A DNA stretch of 64,000 bases from Octopus sinensis (taxonomy: Eukaryota). The notes beneath the pieces were generated by a model that was not told the DNA's origin, did not search any database, and saw only the letters and a program-made list of their open reading frames with translations. The stretch is taken from contig NC_043002.1 of assembly GCF_006345805.1 (NCBI RefSeq), forward strand, positions 42,408,001 through 42,472,000. The letters run 5' to 3'. Shown here piece after piece: positions 1 through 12,574 of the stretch. Position numbers and translations under genes: made by a program. The stretch's first letter is position 1; each line of letters opens with the position of its first letter.

Positions 1-175
1 CACCTTACATATGATGAAATAAAAAAAAATCTCTTCATATTAAGCAAAATTTTTTCACTATTCCCTCCCTACAAAATAATGGGAAGATAGTAGTAAAAGC
101 ATGAAGTATTTTTAGTTATGTGAACTTACATTGCTTAATTATTTTTCCATAATGAATTCACTTGTATTTTTTTAG

Positions 176-301
176 GTTATTTTATTCCATATCACCTCAG
201 GGAATAAGTTGGGAGCAAGTTCTACATCTATCCTTTGAAGCAGCTCAAGGAATAATTTAAGTACACTAAATGTCTCATGAACATGTACTTTACAAACAAG
301 G
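176..301 (+). other. Candidate exon of an unidentified host transcript (126 nt; stop codons in all three frames)
   Basis: Acceptor cttgtatttttttAG ends at 175 and donor G|GTAAGA starts at 302. The longest frame reads LFYSISPQGISWEQVLHLSFEAAQGII* (TAA 258-260). The peptide is not recognised. Confidence 0.3.
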
Positions 302-464
302 GTAAGATTGCTAAGGAATATTTTTTTTCTGTCCCTAGGCCCATCAAAGTTAATTATGTGTAGATTTCAAAACCTGAGTATTTTATACACACACATTCAC
401 ACACATATACACATACATGCAGATATATACACACTTATGTACACATGCACACACACATACACAA

Positions 465-1860
465 ACAATGGAAAGTAGTTCTGACAAAATCGTAGAGATG
501 CTGGAACAGAGGCAAATGTGTGTTGTGTACAAGATGTACCATGTGCCTCAGCCAGATTCCTCACAGGCAACGAGCACAAATAGAAATTCTTTTGGGTGTA
601 TAACAGTGCCTGGGGTTAGTGGTGGGTAGAATAAGCATTTTGTTGGTTGAGAAATGGATAAAGCAATTGAACTAGTCAGAGTACATGACCCTGTACCTAA
701 GATGACAGCAACAGTTTTTTTATGTATGTGTGTTACAATTAGGATTGGCAGAAGAGCAAAAGAACTGTTTCTATGACACCCTATTGCAACTTTGAGAGGA
801 CATTACACAAGGTGTGTAATGTGGAAGTTGCTAAGAAAGCTAGGAGTAGATAAATGGCTTGTGAAAGTCACGCAAGCCATCTTGAAAGATGCCATCAGCA
901 AGGTGAAAGTAAGCAATGAAGACTGGTTGTCTGTAGTGAGCCCGGCATGCCAATGACCTAGATCTCATTGCTGATTCCTGCTGAGAAGAATGTGGATGCA
1001 AGAGCCTATAATCAAGAAGTCTAAAACCTATCAAAATCAAAACTTTTAGTTAACAGAAAAGGAGACAGGTTTCTAGTTCCACCAAGTATATTGGTTATGC
1101 TCTATATACAGAAAAGGAATTGTTGGAAATTCCTTGTGTACTAAATGTATACTGTGGGTGCATAAAAGATGCAGTGGCAAGCAGGCTGACAGAGTAGAAA
1201 TATTTTGTATGTAGTAAATACATGGTAGTAGTTAGTACTACAAGAGTTCAGATGGCTCCCAAGAAGTAAATAGGTCTTGTTACTTAGGTGATTTAATCAG
1301 CAGTAGATGTGTTGCAATAGCATAGTAGTTATAGTAATGATAAGGTGGAAAAAATTCCAGGTTGCTATTTTATTAACAACAAAAGGACTCTCTTGCCTAA
1401 TGAAGAGTGGCTTGTATGATTCTTGTGTTCAAAGTGTGATGCTGAATGGTAATAAAACATGGACATTGAATATGAAGGATGTGCGAAAGACTGGGAAGAA
1501 AAGAATGAAGTGAGCATGTTCTACTGGATGAAAAGTCACGTGCATGAATGGCAGTACAAATAAGCTGGGAGTAAAAGACTGAGTATAAGTGGAACCAGAT
1601 GCATTGTGCAATACTGTGGACTGTGTTGGTACTAACTTGTTTGTGGGATGACAATTGAGTAAAAAGGTCAAATACTCCAAATGTAAGGAACTTGTAGAAG
1701 AAAAAGGCCAAGGAATATAAAAGAAGAGATATAAAAGCTAATCTAAATGGGATGAGCCTCACAAAGGAGATAAAGGACTGCAAGAAATGGTAAACTGCTG
1801 TGCTAAAGAAACTTTGTTAAATCCATGTAAACAGAAAAGCAGACATAAAATGATGATACA
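465..1860 (+). mobile_element. Decayed, internally deleted RTE-clade LINE (endonuclease N-terminus through C-terminus and 3' tail)
   Basis: TMESSSDKIVEMLEQRQ (~465-515) resembles the RTE endonuclease start. LWVHKRCSG (~1152-1180), CYLGD (~1278-1292) and RWKKF..LLTTKGLS..GLYDSCVQSVMLNGNKTWTL (ORF 1307-1513) match the RTE C-terminal region. Ends in an atgatg-type tail near 1850-1860. Confidence 0.8.
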
Positions 1861-4111
1861 TCCTCCTGAACATACATTCATACTCACATGCACATAAACA
1901 TACAGACATAGACATATATGCATATACATACTCAAAGCAAAGAATAAATAAGTAAGCTATTTGAGATTATGGAATCTATGTTTTAGAATCAATTTTGCCA
2001 CCTATAATATGATACTTTTATTTTAATATATTCATTTAAAATTATTTTTATTTTTAACCCAATCCATTTGTTCTGTAGTACTAATGTGTGTGTGGGTATG
2101 CATGTATAAGTGTAATAATATATTGTTATATCTGAGAACTGTAATTAATTATCTAGAGTATTGTTTCTCATTAGTCGATAATTACAAATACGTATGAACA
2201 TATACACACACACATTTTCACACATGCAAACTACAAGTAAGTCATATGCAAACACACATTTTCACACATGCTGTTTTATAATCATATGTGTACTCACTGT
2301 CTTGCACATAACACACATTTGTTTTCATGTGCACACTAAAACTAACACTCAGACTAATATAGATCTTCTCAACTAGCTAGCTACACCTACTTACCTCTAA
2401 TTTCACCCCTCTCTCTCTCTCTCTCTAACACTTTTTCTGATCCCCCTCTTCTCAGAATATCATACCCTATGGAATTCACTCTCTGCCTGTGTTTTTCCTG
2501 CTGATGTTGACTTATAGATTTTTAAGCTGAATTCAAATGTATTAATTTCTCCAATCTAGGAATGCTTGTAAAGGCAATGCTAACTTCTCCTTCCACCTTG
2601 CTAAATCATTAAAAAATTAGTTATGTAAATGCGCACATTTGAACATGCATATACACACAAATTTACTGAACAAATCACAGTTGAAAAATACTCTGGAGTT
2701 CATAAAGAAAGAACAGTTCTTGCACAAGCCAGGTCAATTGTAATCATTTCTTCCCTTAATTTTCAATTGCTCTGTTTTAAAATTTTGTGATGTCATAATC
2801 CTATGTATACATATTAGTCAGCCAGCTTTTTACTCTCTTATTGGCCACTAGCTATCAGATTGACTCCATCAGCTGTACTTGACAATCAGTTTATTAATAT
2901 TTCTATGCAACCTTTGGCAAAGCCCATGCTTTTAGCTGAATGATACTTGATGAGAACTGATAGTTTGAAACCAGTAGTCTTTGCTGACAGTTTGGGGCAA
3001 TAACCTGTTTGGAGCAATAACCTCTGATAAATTCTCTTCAACATATAAATAAATATACTTTCATGTGTTGAATGAATGCAATTGAACATGCCTGTAGGTG
3101 TATTAGTTGGGGAGAGAGAAAGAGGTGCGTAGGCAGAAATGTGATTCCTGTTGTTTTTTATTTACTTGGAAATACTGCTGTAAGTTATAATGTTCTTTTA
3201 GTTGAACTCCATTTTAAAATCTAGATGTTGATTTTGTTTTAATTATTTAGATTTACTCGTTTCATGAAAGGTACCTTTTTATTAGCTTAGTTTTGCAAAC
3301 TGAATTCTATAAGGTTTAATAATTGTTCCTCATATTTATTCCTTCCACTGTTACTCTGCAGTATTGGGATGAAAACCAAGGGTTCTTTCCTAGATAAATT
3401 TATAGTTGCATTAAAATCCACAAATTACATGTCTCAGTTATTAAATATTATAGTAATAATATACAGACAATGAGTTTCAAATGAGTTGATATCTTGAAAT
3501 TCTCATTTTCTAATAACTAACTCCTATAAGTTGTGAAGTCTATTTTATTTTAGATCCATTAAATTTCTACATTGCACTATATCTTTTAGAAAAATATATA
3601 AGCTTGTTTATACAACCTTTTTTTTTCTTTTTTTTCCTCCATATATCTCAGTTACCTTATGATTCTGTCAACCATTCTTGCCCAAGATTTCATCCCAAAT
3701 GTTTCCATTATTCACAATCTTTTTTTTTTAAGTATTTTCTGAAACCTATCTTAATTCTTTTAATAACATCCTGCATGCAACCATCCCCACTCTTCTATTG
3801 GTTCTTTTCATACTAAATTGCTCATTTTAAAATGCTCATATATAAGTTAAAACTTTCTGCCATAATTGTATGCAAGAATGTTTAGATAAAATATATTCTA
3901 AACGCCAGCTTTGAAAGAGAAATAATTGCAAAAGTTAATTATTTGGCTAAATGCCTCTAAATTCTTGATTATTTTCAAAATCATTGGAAATACATTGGGA
4001 GTGTTATTTCATTACAAAAGGCTTAGGCAACATTTCTATGCCTCATCCTACTTTCCAATAAACATCATCCTATCATATTCTGTCAGTCAGAGAATTCATG
4101 AGAACAAGAGG

Positions 4112-4495
4112 TCACCATCATCATTTAACATCCACTTTTCCATGCTTGCATGAAATTTAATGCAGCAGATTTTCAATAACTGGTTACCCTTCCTGTTGCT
4201 AATCCTCATCTATTTCCAACCAAGGTAATATATCCTCTCTGGCCTGAAGTGTTCTTTATGGAAGACTGGAAACAAATAACAGTGCTTGTATGATGATGAT
4301 GCTCATTTTCAACTATGATGTCAAGACAAGGGCACACACACACACCTGTGCACATGTGCATATATACAGCAAGCTTCTTTCAGTTTCTGTCTCCCAACTC
4401 AAAACGCTTTGGTTAGCCTGGGGTCATAGTAGAAAACACTTATCCAAGAGTACACGGTTGGGAAACAAGCTTCTTAACCATAGAACTACAGATAT
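4112..4495 (-). mobile_element. Degraded tRNA-head SINE with RTE-like 3' tail
   Basis: catcatcatttaacatccacttttccatgc tail at ~4116-4146. SINE body cttctttcagtttc...agaaaacacttatccaag...cttcttaacca at ~4370-4480 matches other copies in the window. Confidence 0.6.
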
Positions 4496-5059
4496 GCCAA
4501 ACAATGTAAATTTATAATATTAATGACATGAAAATTCTTAATGTCAATCAAGCTTTTTTATGTATATTTTTTGCTTATTTTCATTTATATATTACTTATT
4601 GTGTGTGTTTATTTTTATATACCCCTATATTTTTTTTTATATATTCGCTACTATTATTTCATGTCTATATAAAATTTTTCAGTTTGGGACTGTGGGATTA
4701 CCAACAGATGTTGGATATTGTCTGAGGTTCACTGTTTCAGGAATGAAGCAAAAGACGAATAGCTTTTCCTTTAAATTGAATGTTTTTCACCAGCTTTGGC
4801 CTAAGGAGAATTAAAGTTTACTACTTTTAGCTAAAGAAACACTTCTTAAAAGTACACCATGCTCCTGCATCTTAGTGTTCAGCTTTGCCTCTCTGTGGAT
4901 TAAGCTATGGTCTTTGTCAGGGACATATAATCTCAGCAGTGACATATAAATTGTTGCTTTTGTTGGTTAGTGGGCTAGCACCATAATAATTTGACCAACT
5001 GCAAGTTTCCACATGCACACAAGCAAATTTCTAACCGTGATATGTGAAATGCAAATTGT

Positions 5060-5330
5060 ATGAAGCTTGTATTAGGAGTGTGATACTGCATGATAGTGAA
5101 ACAGAAACCTTGAATGTGGATGGATGATTCATTGAAGCTGAAGTGAAATAAGGCAAATATAACCCATCGAATGTGTAACATTAACACACATGAATGACAG
5201 AGCGCAAGTAAGCTAAGTAAGTGGTTTGGGCCAATATTTTACAGGACTGACTATTATATTGGCATGTACGTGTCAGTGTTGGTTGAACAAAGTGTTGTGA
5301 ACTGTCAGTGGCAGAGTCTTGCAGCTTAAA
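5060..5330 (+). mobile_element. RTE LINE C-terminal fragment
   Basis: Decayed VILHDSET.TLNV...RMCNINTHE.QSASKL sequence, homologous to the equivalent parts of the 465-1860 and 44270-45590 copies. Confidence 0.55.
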
Positions 5331-6145
5331 AAAAGAAAACAAGGAAAAGGAGACCAATTAGATCTTGAGAATCTAAGCCACACAAACCACATGGGGAAAA
5401 TTGGGACATGCTGCAATCTACTATGTAGTTCATATGTCCAGCTGTGCCAAAATGATTAAAAACAAAAAAATGACTTTATAACAATGATGATAATTTATGT
5501 ACGCAGTAAATAGAACTAGTAGTTGTAAAATTTGAATGTCTACAGTTTAAATATCCAGATTAACACATCATATACTTTTTAAAAAAACAAACATTAAAAT
5601 AATGGACACACTGATTTCTTCCATACTTTTATTTTCATAAAACTTGAACATTCTAAACTGCTTTCACCAAATACGGCACAGCTGTTATCTTGATTTGAAA
5701 TGTTGGTGTTGTTTGAGGTGGTTTCTTTTTACTATTCGTTGATTTATGTAATCAACCATTTTATATTTAATTTTGTTATTATATTTCTCTGCTTAGGTAA
5801 TTTCAACAAGGTTGTTGACAATGTTGGGTTACCTATTTATTACCTCCCTTCTCCCCTTGCTCTTTATTATACTTTTACAAGTGTCTTAAGTCATTTAGAA
5901 TGGCAGCTGTTTTTCTCATCTTTACCCAATGCACTGCTCTCTCTTTTTTTTTTTCTTTTTGTCTTTCCTTTCTTCCCTCTTATTTCTTCCTGTTTCTTCG
6001 CCTTCTTTATCCTTTTCCCCTTCCTTATTAAAATCGCCTCCCTTCCCCATCTCAACTTTTCTTTATTCTCCATGTTATGTGTCTTGATTTACAGTGCAGA
6101 TTTCTGCTCAAAGTAATCTTTATCTCTCTTTATGCTACTTGCTAG

Positions 6146-6263
6146 CTCTACCACCCCCACCGCGGTTATTACTATACCATCACCTACCACAGCTGCCAAT
6201 ACTTCTGCCACTGTAGCTTCTGCTACTGCTGCTGGTTGCTTGCCTCAACTGTCTGTCCATTGA
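6146..6263 (+). other. Possible terminal coding exon (Thr/Ala/Ser-rich peptide)
   Basis: Pyrimidine tract ctttatctctctttatgctacttgctAG ends at 6145. Reads STTPTAVITIPSPTTAANTSATVASATAAGCLPQLSVH* and is followed by U-rich sequence. It could equally be a decayed trinucleotide repeat. Confidence 0.2.
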
Positions 6264-7220
6264 TTTCTATAATTTCACCTGAGTCATTACTGGATGTTCG
6301 GATGACAATAATCATAGGCTCTTCTATCTAAAAGCTTAACTTGAATGGCTTAAATCCCTCATTCTCTCCCCCAACTCATACATATTCTGTTTCTCACTTT
6401 CCTCATTGCTATGTAAAATTGATTAAATTGGATACTTTGGAACAAGGATGAGGATTTTGTTATCATAGCCAGATAATATTGTTGTTTTTGTTGTTACTGG
6501 TTATCTTTCATTAAGCAAACTATTTTTTTCTTCTCTCTCTCTTTTTGAAATTTTCATTTTGATTTTATTTATATAATTTTTTTTTTTTTTCTAAATATTC
6601 ATCTTGTTGTTTGAAGAATTAAAATTAACTGAACTATTCTACAAATCTACTGACAAAGGTTTTGATTTGCTGAATCTCTTTGGTTGGTTTTTCAATGAAG
6701 ATTAAAGAAACGAATTTTTTTTTTTTTAAAAAAGAGAAAAATTTTCATTTATTTATTTATTTGTTTTTAAATCCATAATTCTGTAATCTTTGAATATTTT
6801 AAGTTTTGTCATGTTAATTTAAACAAAGAACCAACAATATGATTTTGTTTTTGTTTTTTTTGTCTTTTTTCATCTTCCATTAATGATTATTCACTTCACA
6901 TCTTATCAAATTGTGTTGTTCTCAGTAACATTTAGATGTCAGACTATGAATGAATAATATTAACCATTTTCTCTTGTGCCATGTTTTTTGTTTGTTTTTT
7001 TGTTGTTTGCTTGCATGTATATATTCTCACATATCCCCACTACACACATGTGCATGTACACACTCTCTTACCATATCCCACTCTTATTAAACAGTCGCTC
7101 TCATCACATGTACATGCACACACACATGATTTACATCCACACACCCATCAGTCTTACAATAAGTATACCCTCTCATCATAAGTACATACTTTCACAATCA
7201 TCTCACGACACACAGTCTCC

Positions 7221-8010
7221 TCACACACGTACACAATCTTGCCACACACGTACACGATCTTGCCACACACGTACACGATCTTGCCACACACGTACACGAT
7301 CTCGCCACACACGTACACTATCTCGCCACACACGTACACTATCTCGCCACACACGTACACTATCTCGCCACACACGTACACTATCTCGCCACACACGTAC
7401 ACTATCTCGCCACACACATACACTATCTCGCCACACGCGTACACCATTTCGCCACACACGTACACCATTTCGCCACACACGTACACTATTCGCCACACGC
7501 ATACACCATTTCGCCACACGCATACACCATCTCGCCACACACATACACCATCTCGCCACCACATGTATATACTATGCCAGCACAAGCATACACCATACCA
7601 CCACACGCATACGCCATGTCACCACACACTTACAATCTCCCCACACATGTACAATATCCCCACACGTATACACAGTTTCTCCACATGCGTACACAGTCTT
7701 CCCACATGTGTACACAGTCTCTCCACACATAGTCTCCCCACACATGTGCACAGTCTCTTCCCACACGTGCACAGCCTCTCCCCACACGTATACAGCCTCT
7801 CCCCACACGTATACAGCCTCTCCCCACATGTATACAGCCTCTCCCCACACGTATACAGCCTCCCCACACACGTACACAGTCTCCCCCACACACGTACACA
7901 GTCTCCCCACACACGTACACAGTCTCCCCACACACGTGCACAGCCTCTCCCCACACGTACACAGCCTCTCCTCACACCTACACCATCTCGCCACACACGT
8001 ACATTGCTTC
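7221..8010. repeat. 21-bp minisatellite array (~35 units) with variant sub-arrays
   Basis: Units CACACACGTACACGATCTTGC, CACACACGTACACTATCTCGC, CACACGTATACAGCCTCTCCC and CACACACGTACACAGTCTCCC. The array explains the long ORFs on both strands between 6976 and 8253. Confidence 0.95.
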
Positions 8011-8549
8011 ACCATACGCTTACTCATTCTTACTACACGTACTCACTCTCTCCGATTATATACACACTCTCACCACACGTCATCACTTTCGCCATGCACA
8101 TATTCATTCTCATCAGCATACATACCCTCACCATACACACATAACACTCTTAGGGCATCTACAAGGAATTTTATTCGGAGGTACAGAGAGGGTTTCCTTG
8201 TAGGTCGGAGGACTTTCTCTTTTGTGAAAGCTATATATGAAAGCATTTTCTGAAGTCTTGGGAGTTTTGAATATGATGTTCCACTGCTCCACCTTCTGAT
8301 ATGATTTTAACTTTTCATACAACTACATATTTATTGCATACATTTAACCTATGCATCCACATGCTGCTCATCCCATGTAAGCAAGACCCTAGTTAAAATA
8401 TGATTTTATTTATGCAAACAGAATGTGTGTGTGTGTGTGTGTGTGTCAGAGTAAGCACATAAATGTGAAACAAGGTTGAAAAAAGAGTACTCAAATACCA
8501 AAGGTAGAGTAATATGCTTTATTTAAAAGCAACAGAAATATAACAAAAG

Positions 8550-8587
8550 CTGTTACTCAGAGTTTCATGTTCCCGTTCGTCGGACAG
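8550..8587 (-). ncRNA. Minimal type I hammerhead ribozyme motif (core variant CCGACGA)
   Basis: Minus strand reads CTGT CCGACGA ACGGGAACAT GAAA CTCTGAGTA ACAG. Stem I CUGU/ACAG, stem III ACUC-U-GAGU, cleavage triplet GUA. Confidence 0.6.
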
Positions 8588-8607
8588 TTTTGTTTTAAAA
8601 AAAAAAA

Positions 8608-8645
8608 CTGTCTGACGAACGGGAACATGAAACTCTGAGTAACAG
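8608..8645 (+). ncRNA. Minimal type I hammerhead ribozyme motif
   Basis: CTGT (8608-11) CTGACGA (8612-18) ACG-GGAA-CAT (stem II, GGAA loop, one mismatch) GAAA (8629-32) CTCTGAGTA ACAG (8642-45). Predicted cleavage after GUA at 8641. Confidence 0.7.
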
Positions 8646-9827
8646 CTTTTGTTATATTTCTGCTGCTTTTAAATAAAGTATATATATATATTTATATATA
8701 TAATAAAGAAATGTAATGAAACCAGTCAGTTGTATGAAGCAGACAAGGAAACAAAATACAACAAAGCCCACTGGATAATATTATTGTATCAAGTAACAAT
8801 TAGATTTTAATTGCTTTCCTTCTGATTATCATCATAACTTTGTGTCACAACTCTGTGAAGAGGCATCAAGCCTACAGCCTTGAAGTTTTATACTTTATTA
8901 TATACATCTAAATGGAAAGAATAAGATGAAAGCAAGATGATGGCAAATTGATTAGGTGTTAGAATTTGTAGAAGCTAAATATAAATTTCTTTTCATTAAC
9001 TATTTGGGACATTTTTTTTAACCATCATGACAACTTTCTCTTTCTAGTATTTTTTCTCCATCCCTAAAATATACATGCATTTTCCTCTCTTCTGCCTTTG
9101 TTTTCTTCATCTTTATCTCATCTCTCTCATTCTTTCTCTCACTTTAATCTATGTAAGATAATATTCAGTTGCTTTTTGAAAAGGAAAGAGAGAGAAAAAA
9201 CTAATTCTTTCAATGAATGGAAATATTTGCACAAAAGCTTTGCCTATGGCAGCACCAATTACATCTGTGTTAATGCTTTAAAGTTTCATTTTCAATTGCA
9301 TTCATGAAAAGCATTTTCTAGTAAAAATCTCACACAGAAATTTTTAAAATGCCTGGGTATTATAAATCAGAGTACAGCTGAATATGTTCCCACCTTTTGA
9401 CTTTGGTGCTCAATAATACTTTAACAATTTTATTTTCGAATATCTTCATATGTTAGAATATTTAGGCTTCTTCAAGTATATAGTTTTATTCCATATAAGT
9501 CCCATATGCTTTGATATTTATTTTTCTAAAGTTTTTTTTTATTTTCATTTTACTTTGTAGCGTATATGCCCTGTATAGTTTTCTTTGCTCCTTTTATATT
9601 TTTTCAATAAAAGAGAAAAAAGATGCATTAGGTAAAAAGACATTGGTAGAACTAAGCTATTAAGGCGAGAAAATTGGATGTAAATTTAAGGTTTCAGTCT
9701 CGTGTATGATCACTTTATAACTTGAACACCTTATCAGCAATATTTTATACATATGTATGTGTGTATTTATAAAATATTTAAGGCATTCAAAAATATTTTT
9801 GCATCATGTAAAAATACCTTTCTGAGT

Positions 9828-9861
<34 letters not shown>

Positions 9862-9871
<10 letters not shown>

Positions 9872-10290
9872 CTGTATTTAAGAAATTTGCTTCCCAGCCA
9901 CATAGTTATTAGTTTAGTCCTATTGTGTAGCACTGGGGTGTTTTCTACAATAGCTCCAGGCCAATCAAAGCCTTCTGAGTGAATTTGGTCACCAGAAACT
10001 GAAAGAAACCCATCATATATATTATATATAGTGTGTGTGGGCTTCTGTGTTTGTTTATATGTTGTGCTTCTCCAAAAATTGTGAGCTACACACTTTGATG
10101 TCAGTTTTCCTATCAACAAATTATCTGCTGGCTTTGCACCTTCAAAAACTTATGAAATAAAAGACTCCTTACTTGAAAAACAGGTATGGTTAAAAGGCAC
10201 AGAGGGCATCTAGCTATGAAACAGTGGCTCAATGATATACTCATTCATCTAACCCATACCAGCATGGCAAATAGCAGACATAAAAATTAA
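9862..10290 (+). mobile_element. Degraded composite SINE (tRNA-like head, RTE-like tail)
   Basis: Head gcttcccagccacatag...gaaactgaaagaaaccc; tail aacccataccagcatggcaaatagcagacataaa. Same layout as 17540-17985 and 30040-30455. Confidence 0.6.
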
Positions 10291-10700
10291 CAAATGTTTA
10301 TGCACACACACACACACACACACACGGTATCATCATAATCATAATTTTTACTTATACTGACTTGGATGTGTGTGTATGTATATGGAATCTTATCCATATG
10401 CAATGAATCTGACTGATTTTTTTCTTTTTGGTGGCTTGAGATGAAAGCCAGACTAGCTTCAGTATTTCAAACTTATCAGGAGTCACCTCTTTCTCCCTCT
10501 AGATGCCAAAATATAGCTAGAGAAAGTTTTGTATTAAATTTCAAGCAAACGTGTGCCTAGGGACAATTCATTTGCATAACAGTAAAAGGTTTATAGTTCA
10601 ACAAATTATTAGGGTACAAATACAGTAAGGGTTATAGTTAAATAAATATACTACATCATTGTATACACTTAAACAAGGAATATTCATATTCAATATGAAC

Positions 10701-11070
10701 AGGCGCAGGAGTGGCTGTGTGGTAAGTAGCTTGCTTATCAATCACATGGTTCTGGGCTCATTCCCACTGCATGGCACCTTGGGCAAGTGTCTTCTACTAT
10801 AGCCTCGGGCCGACTAAAGCCTTGTGAGTGGATTTGGTAGACGGAAACTGTATATGTATTTATGTGTGTTTGTCTCCCCAACATCACTTGACAACCAATG
10901 GTGGTGTGTTTACGTCCCCGTAACTTAGCAGTTCGGCAAAAGAGACTGATAGAATAAGTACTAGGCTTACAAAGAATAAGTCCTGGGGTCGATTTGCTCG
11001 ACTAAAGGTGGTGCTCCAGCATGACCACAGTCAAATGACTGAAACAAGTAAAAGAGTAAAAAGAGAGTAA
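10701..11070 (+). mobile_element. Near full-length tRNA-derived octopus-type SINE (family A)
   Basis: 5' AGGCGCAGGAG, A-box-like TGGCTGTGTGG, B-box-like GGCTCATTCCC, internal TG/TA tract, 3' GAAACAAGTAAAAGAG repeats. Highly similar to the inverted copy at 32725-33106. Confidence 0.9.
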
Positions 11071-11819
11071 GGGGAGGAAAAGAGAAAAAGTGTGTGTGAT
11101 TGTTCTTTCATCATAACTTGTTAGTTTTACATTACTGATGTTCACACAATGAAGAAAATTTACTAACATATGCCTTACACTATATTCAAAATGTAATCTT
11201 CTGAAATGTGACTGTATTTTGGTTTCTAAAATATCCTAGTTAATTTACTTCTATTTTATATGTACATCATTGTATTCTTGTAGTTGAAGGGAGATTGATT
11301 GTACATGGCTGGACAGGTTGGACCTCAGTTAGAACTTGCATTGCTGCAAGTTCAGTCACATACTGTTTAGTTTACTTATTCTCTTCAGAAATCTATTGGA
11401 AATCAATAGATTTACTTCATACTTTCTATAACAAGCACAATGTTTATATTCACTAATTAATCATATTACTTTGTAGTTTTCACTTTATTCATAGGTGCAA
11501 GATTATTATAATAAATTTTTGACTGAAGAATGTCATTATGGATTACTTTAATACTTATCAGTCCTGAAGCTCAATGTATTTGTTACTTATAATTCTATTC
11601 AGGGAATGCTTCTCACAGTCTATATTAATTACAAAATGATTATCACTGTGTACATTAATGAAAATTGTAGTTAAGGAAATTAATTGTATTCAAACCCAAA
11701 CTACCCATCATCTGTTTGCTTATATATATTGACTTATTTACCTGTTCGTATATCCGCCTGTCAAGCTACTTTTCTACCTGTCTACTTACTCATCTATCTA
11801 TCTAGTTCTGTTAAATGCT

Positions 11820-12540
11820 ATTTTATAGCAGTGAGCTGGCTAAATGTTGATGAGTGGTTCATGAGAGCTATGAAAATCATGCAGAGAGGGACTAAAGCCA
11901 GAATTAAGATAATACACTCAGTGACATATTTCAATCCACTTCCTGTCTTCTAAATCATGGAAACCATTATAAAGAAGTTAAAGATTAAACTCCTGTGGAG
12001 GCTTCTGTATGCAAACAACTTGGTTGTCATTGTAGGATTTGTGTGGGTGTTATGAAAGCAGTTTGATCTGCTTTCATAACTGTGAAAGTTCTGCAAATGA
12101 TTACTGTGTAGGTGGTGGGGGCGAAGGCATCATAAACTAAATTATTTCAGGAAAATGGCTGTGATTAGCATGTAAAGATTAGACAGGAACTCAATACATT
12201 GTCAGTCTAATCAGTGGTTGCATAAAGGATGTAATTAGATTTCAAGCAGACTCTATTAAGAGCAAAATGTTTGCTGTGCTACATGCACTTTTGAAATACA
12301 AGCAATAACACACTGTAGACCATGTACTTTTAAAATGTCCTTTTGGAAAAAGTAGTAGATTAGATCTGTTACCTAGGTGATAATTTTTCAAGGTACAATT
12401 AACGAAAAGTTACTGTATGATCCATAAAGTAATTGAGAAAATTTCTCTTGTTAGTAATAAATGGATTCTGTTTCCATAGGTGAGTCAGGTAATGAAGAAA
12501 ATGTTAAAATTGTACAATCAGCAAAACTTGGATAGTAAAG
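11820..12540 (+). mobile_element. Heavily decayed RTE LINE reverse-transcriptase fragment
   Basis: LNVDEWFMRAMKIMQRGTKARIKI, LLWRLLYANNLV (decayed PWELLYADDLV, ~11990-12025), WLHKGC and CYLGD occur in the expected order. Confidence 0.65.
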
Positions 12541-12574
12541 TTACATTGCATTTGAGGGCAAAGTAAAATTTGAT

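Larger units (their letters stand above)
8448..8705. mobile_element. Penelope-like terminal-repeat fragment folded into a long palindrome, flanked by (TG)n and (TA)n
   Basis: Arms ~8512-8596 and ~8599-8683 are reverse complements with about 4 mismatches. Each arm carries a hammerhead core, the established signature of Penelope pseudo-LTRs. Confidence 0.65.

Noticed and set aside
5700-6116. 138-aa hydrophobic ORF and antisense Lys-rich ORF
   Set aside because: Product of a CT-rich low-complexity tract.
7221-8010. CRISPR-like array
   Set aside because: Contiguous tandem units without unique spacers, eukaryotic context, no cas genes.
6976-8253. 425-aa and overlapping 110-301-aa ORFs as a His-rich structural protein gene
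   Set aside because: ORFs are open on both strands because the 21-bp unit lacks stops; non-ATG start for the longest; no recognisable domain or flanking gene structure.
10701-10775. tRNA gene
   Set aside because: A/B boxes continue into a multi-copy SINE body; no complete cloverleaf or terminator. The same applies to the other SINE heads.
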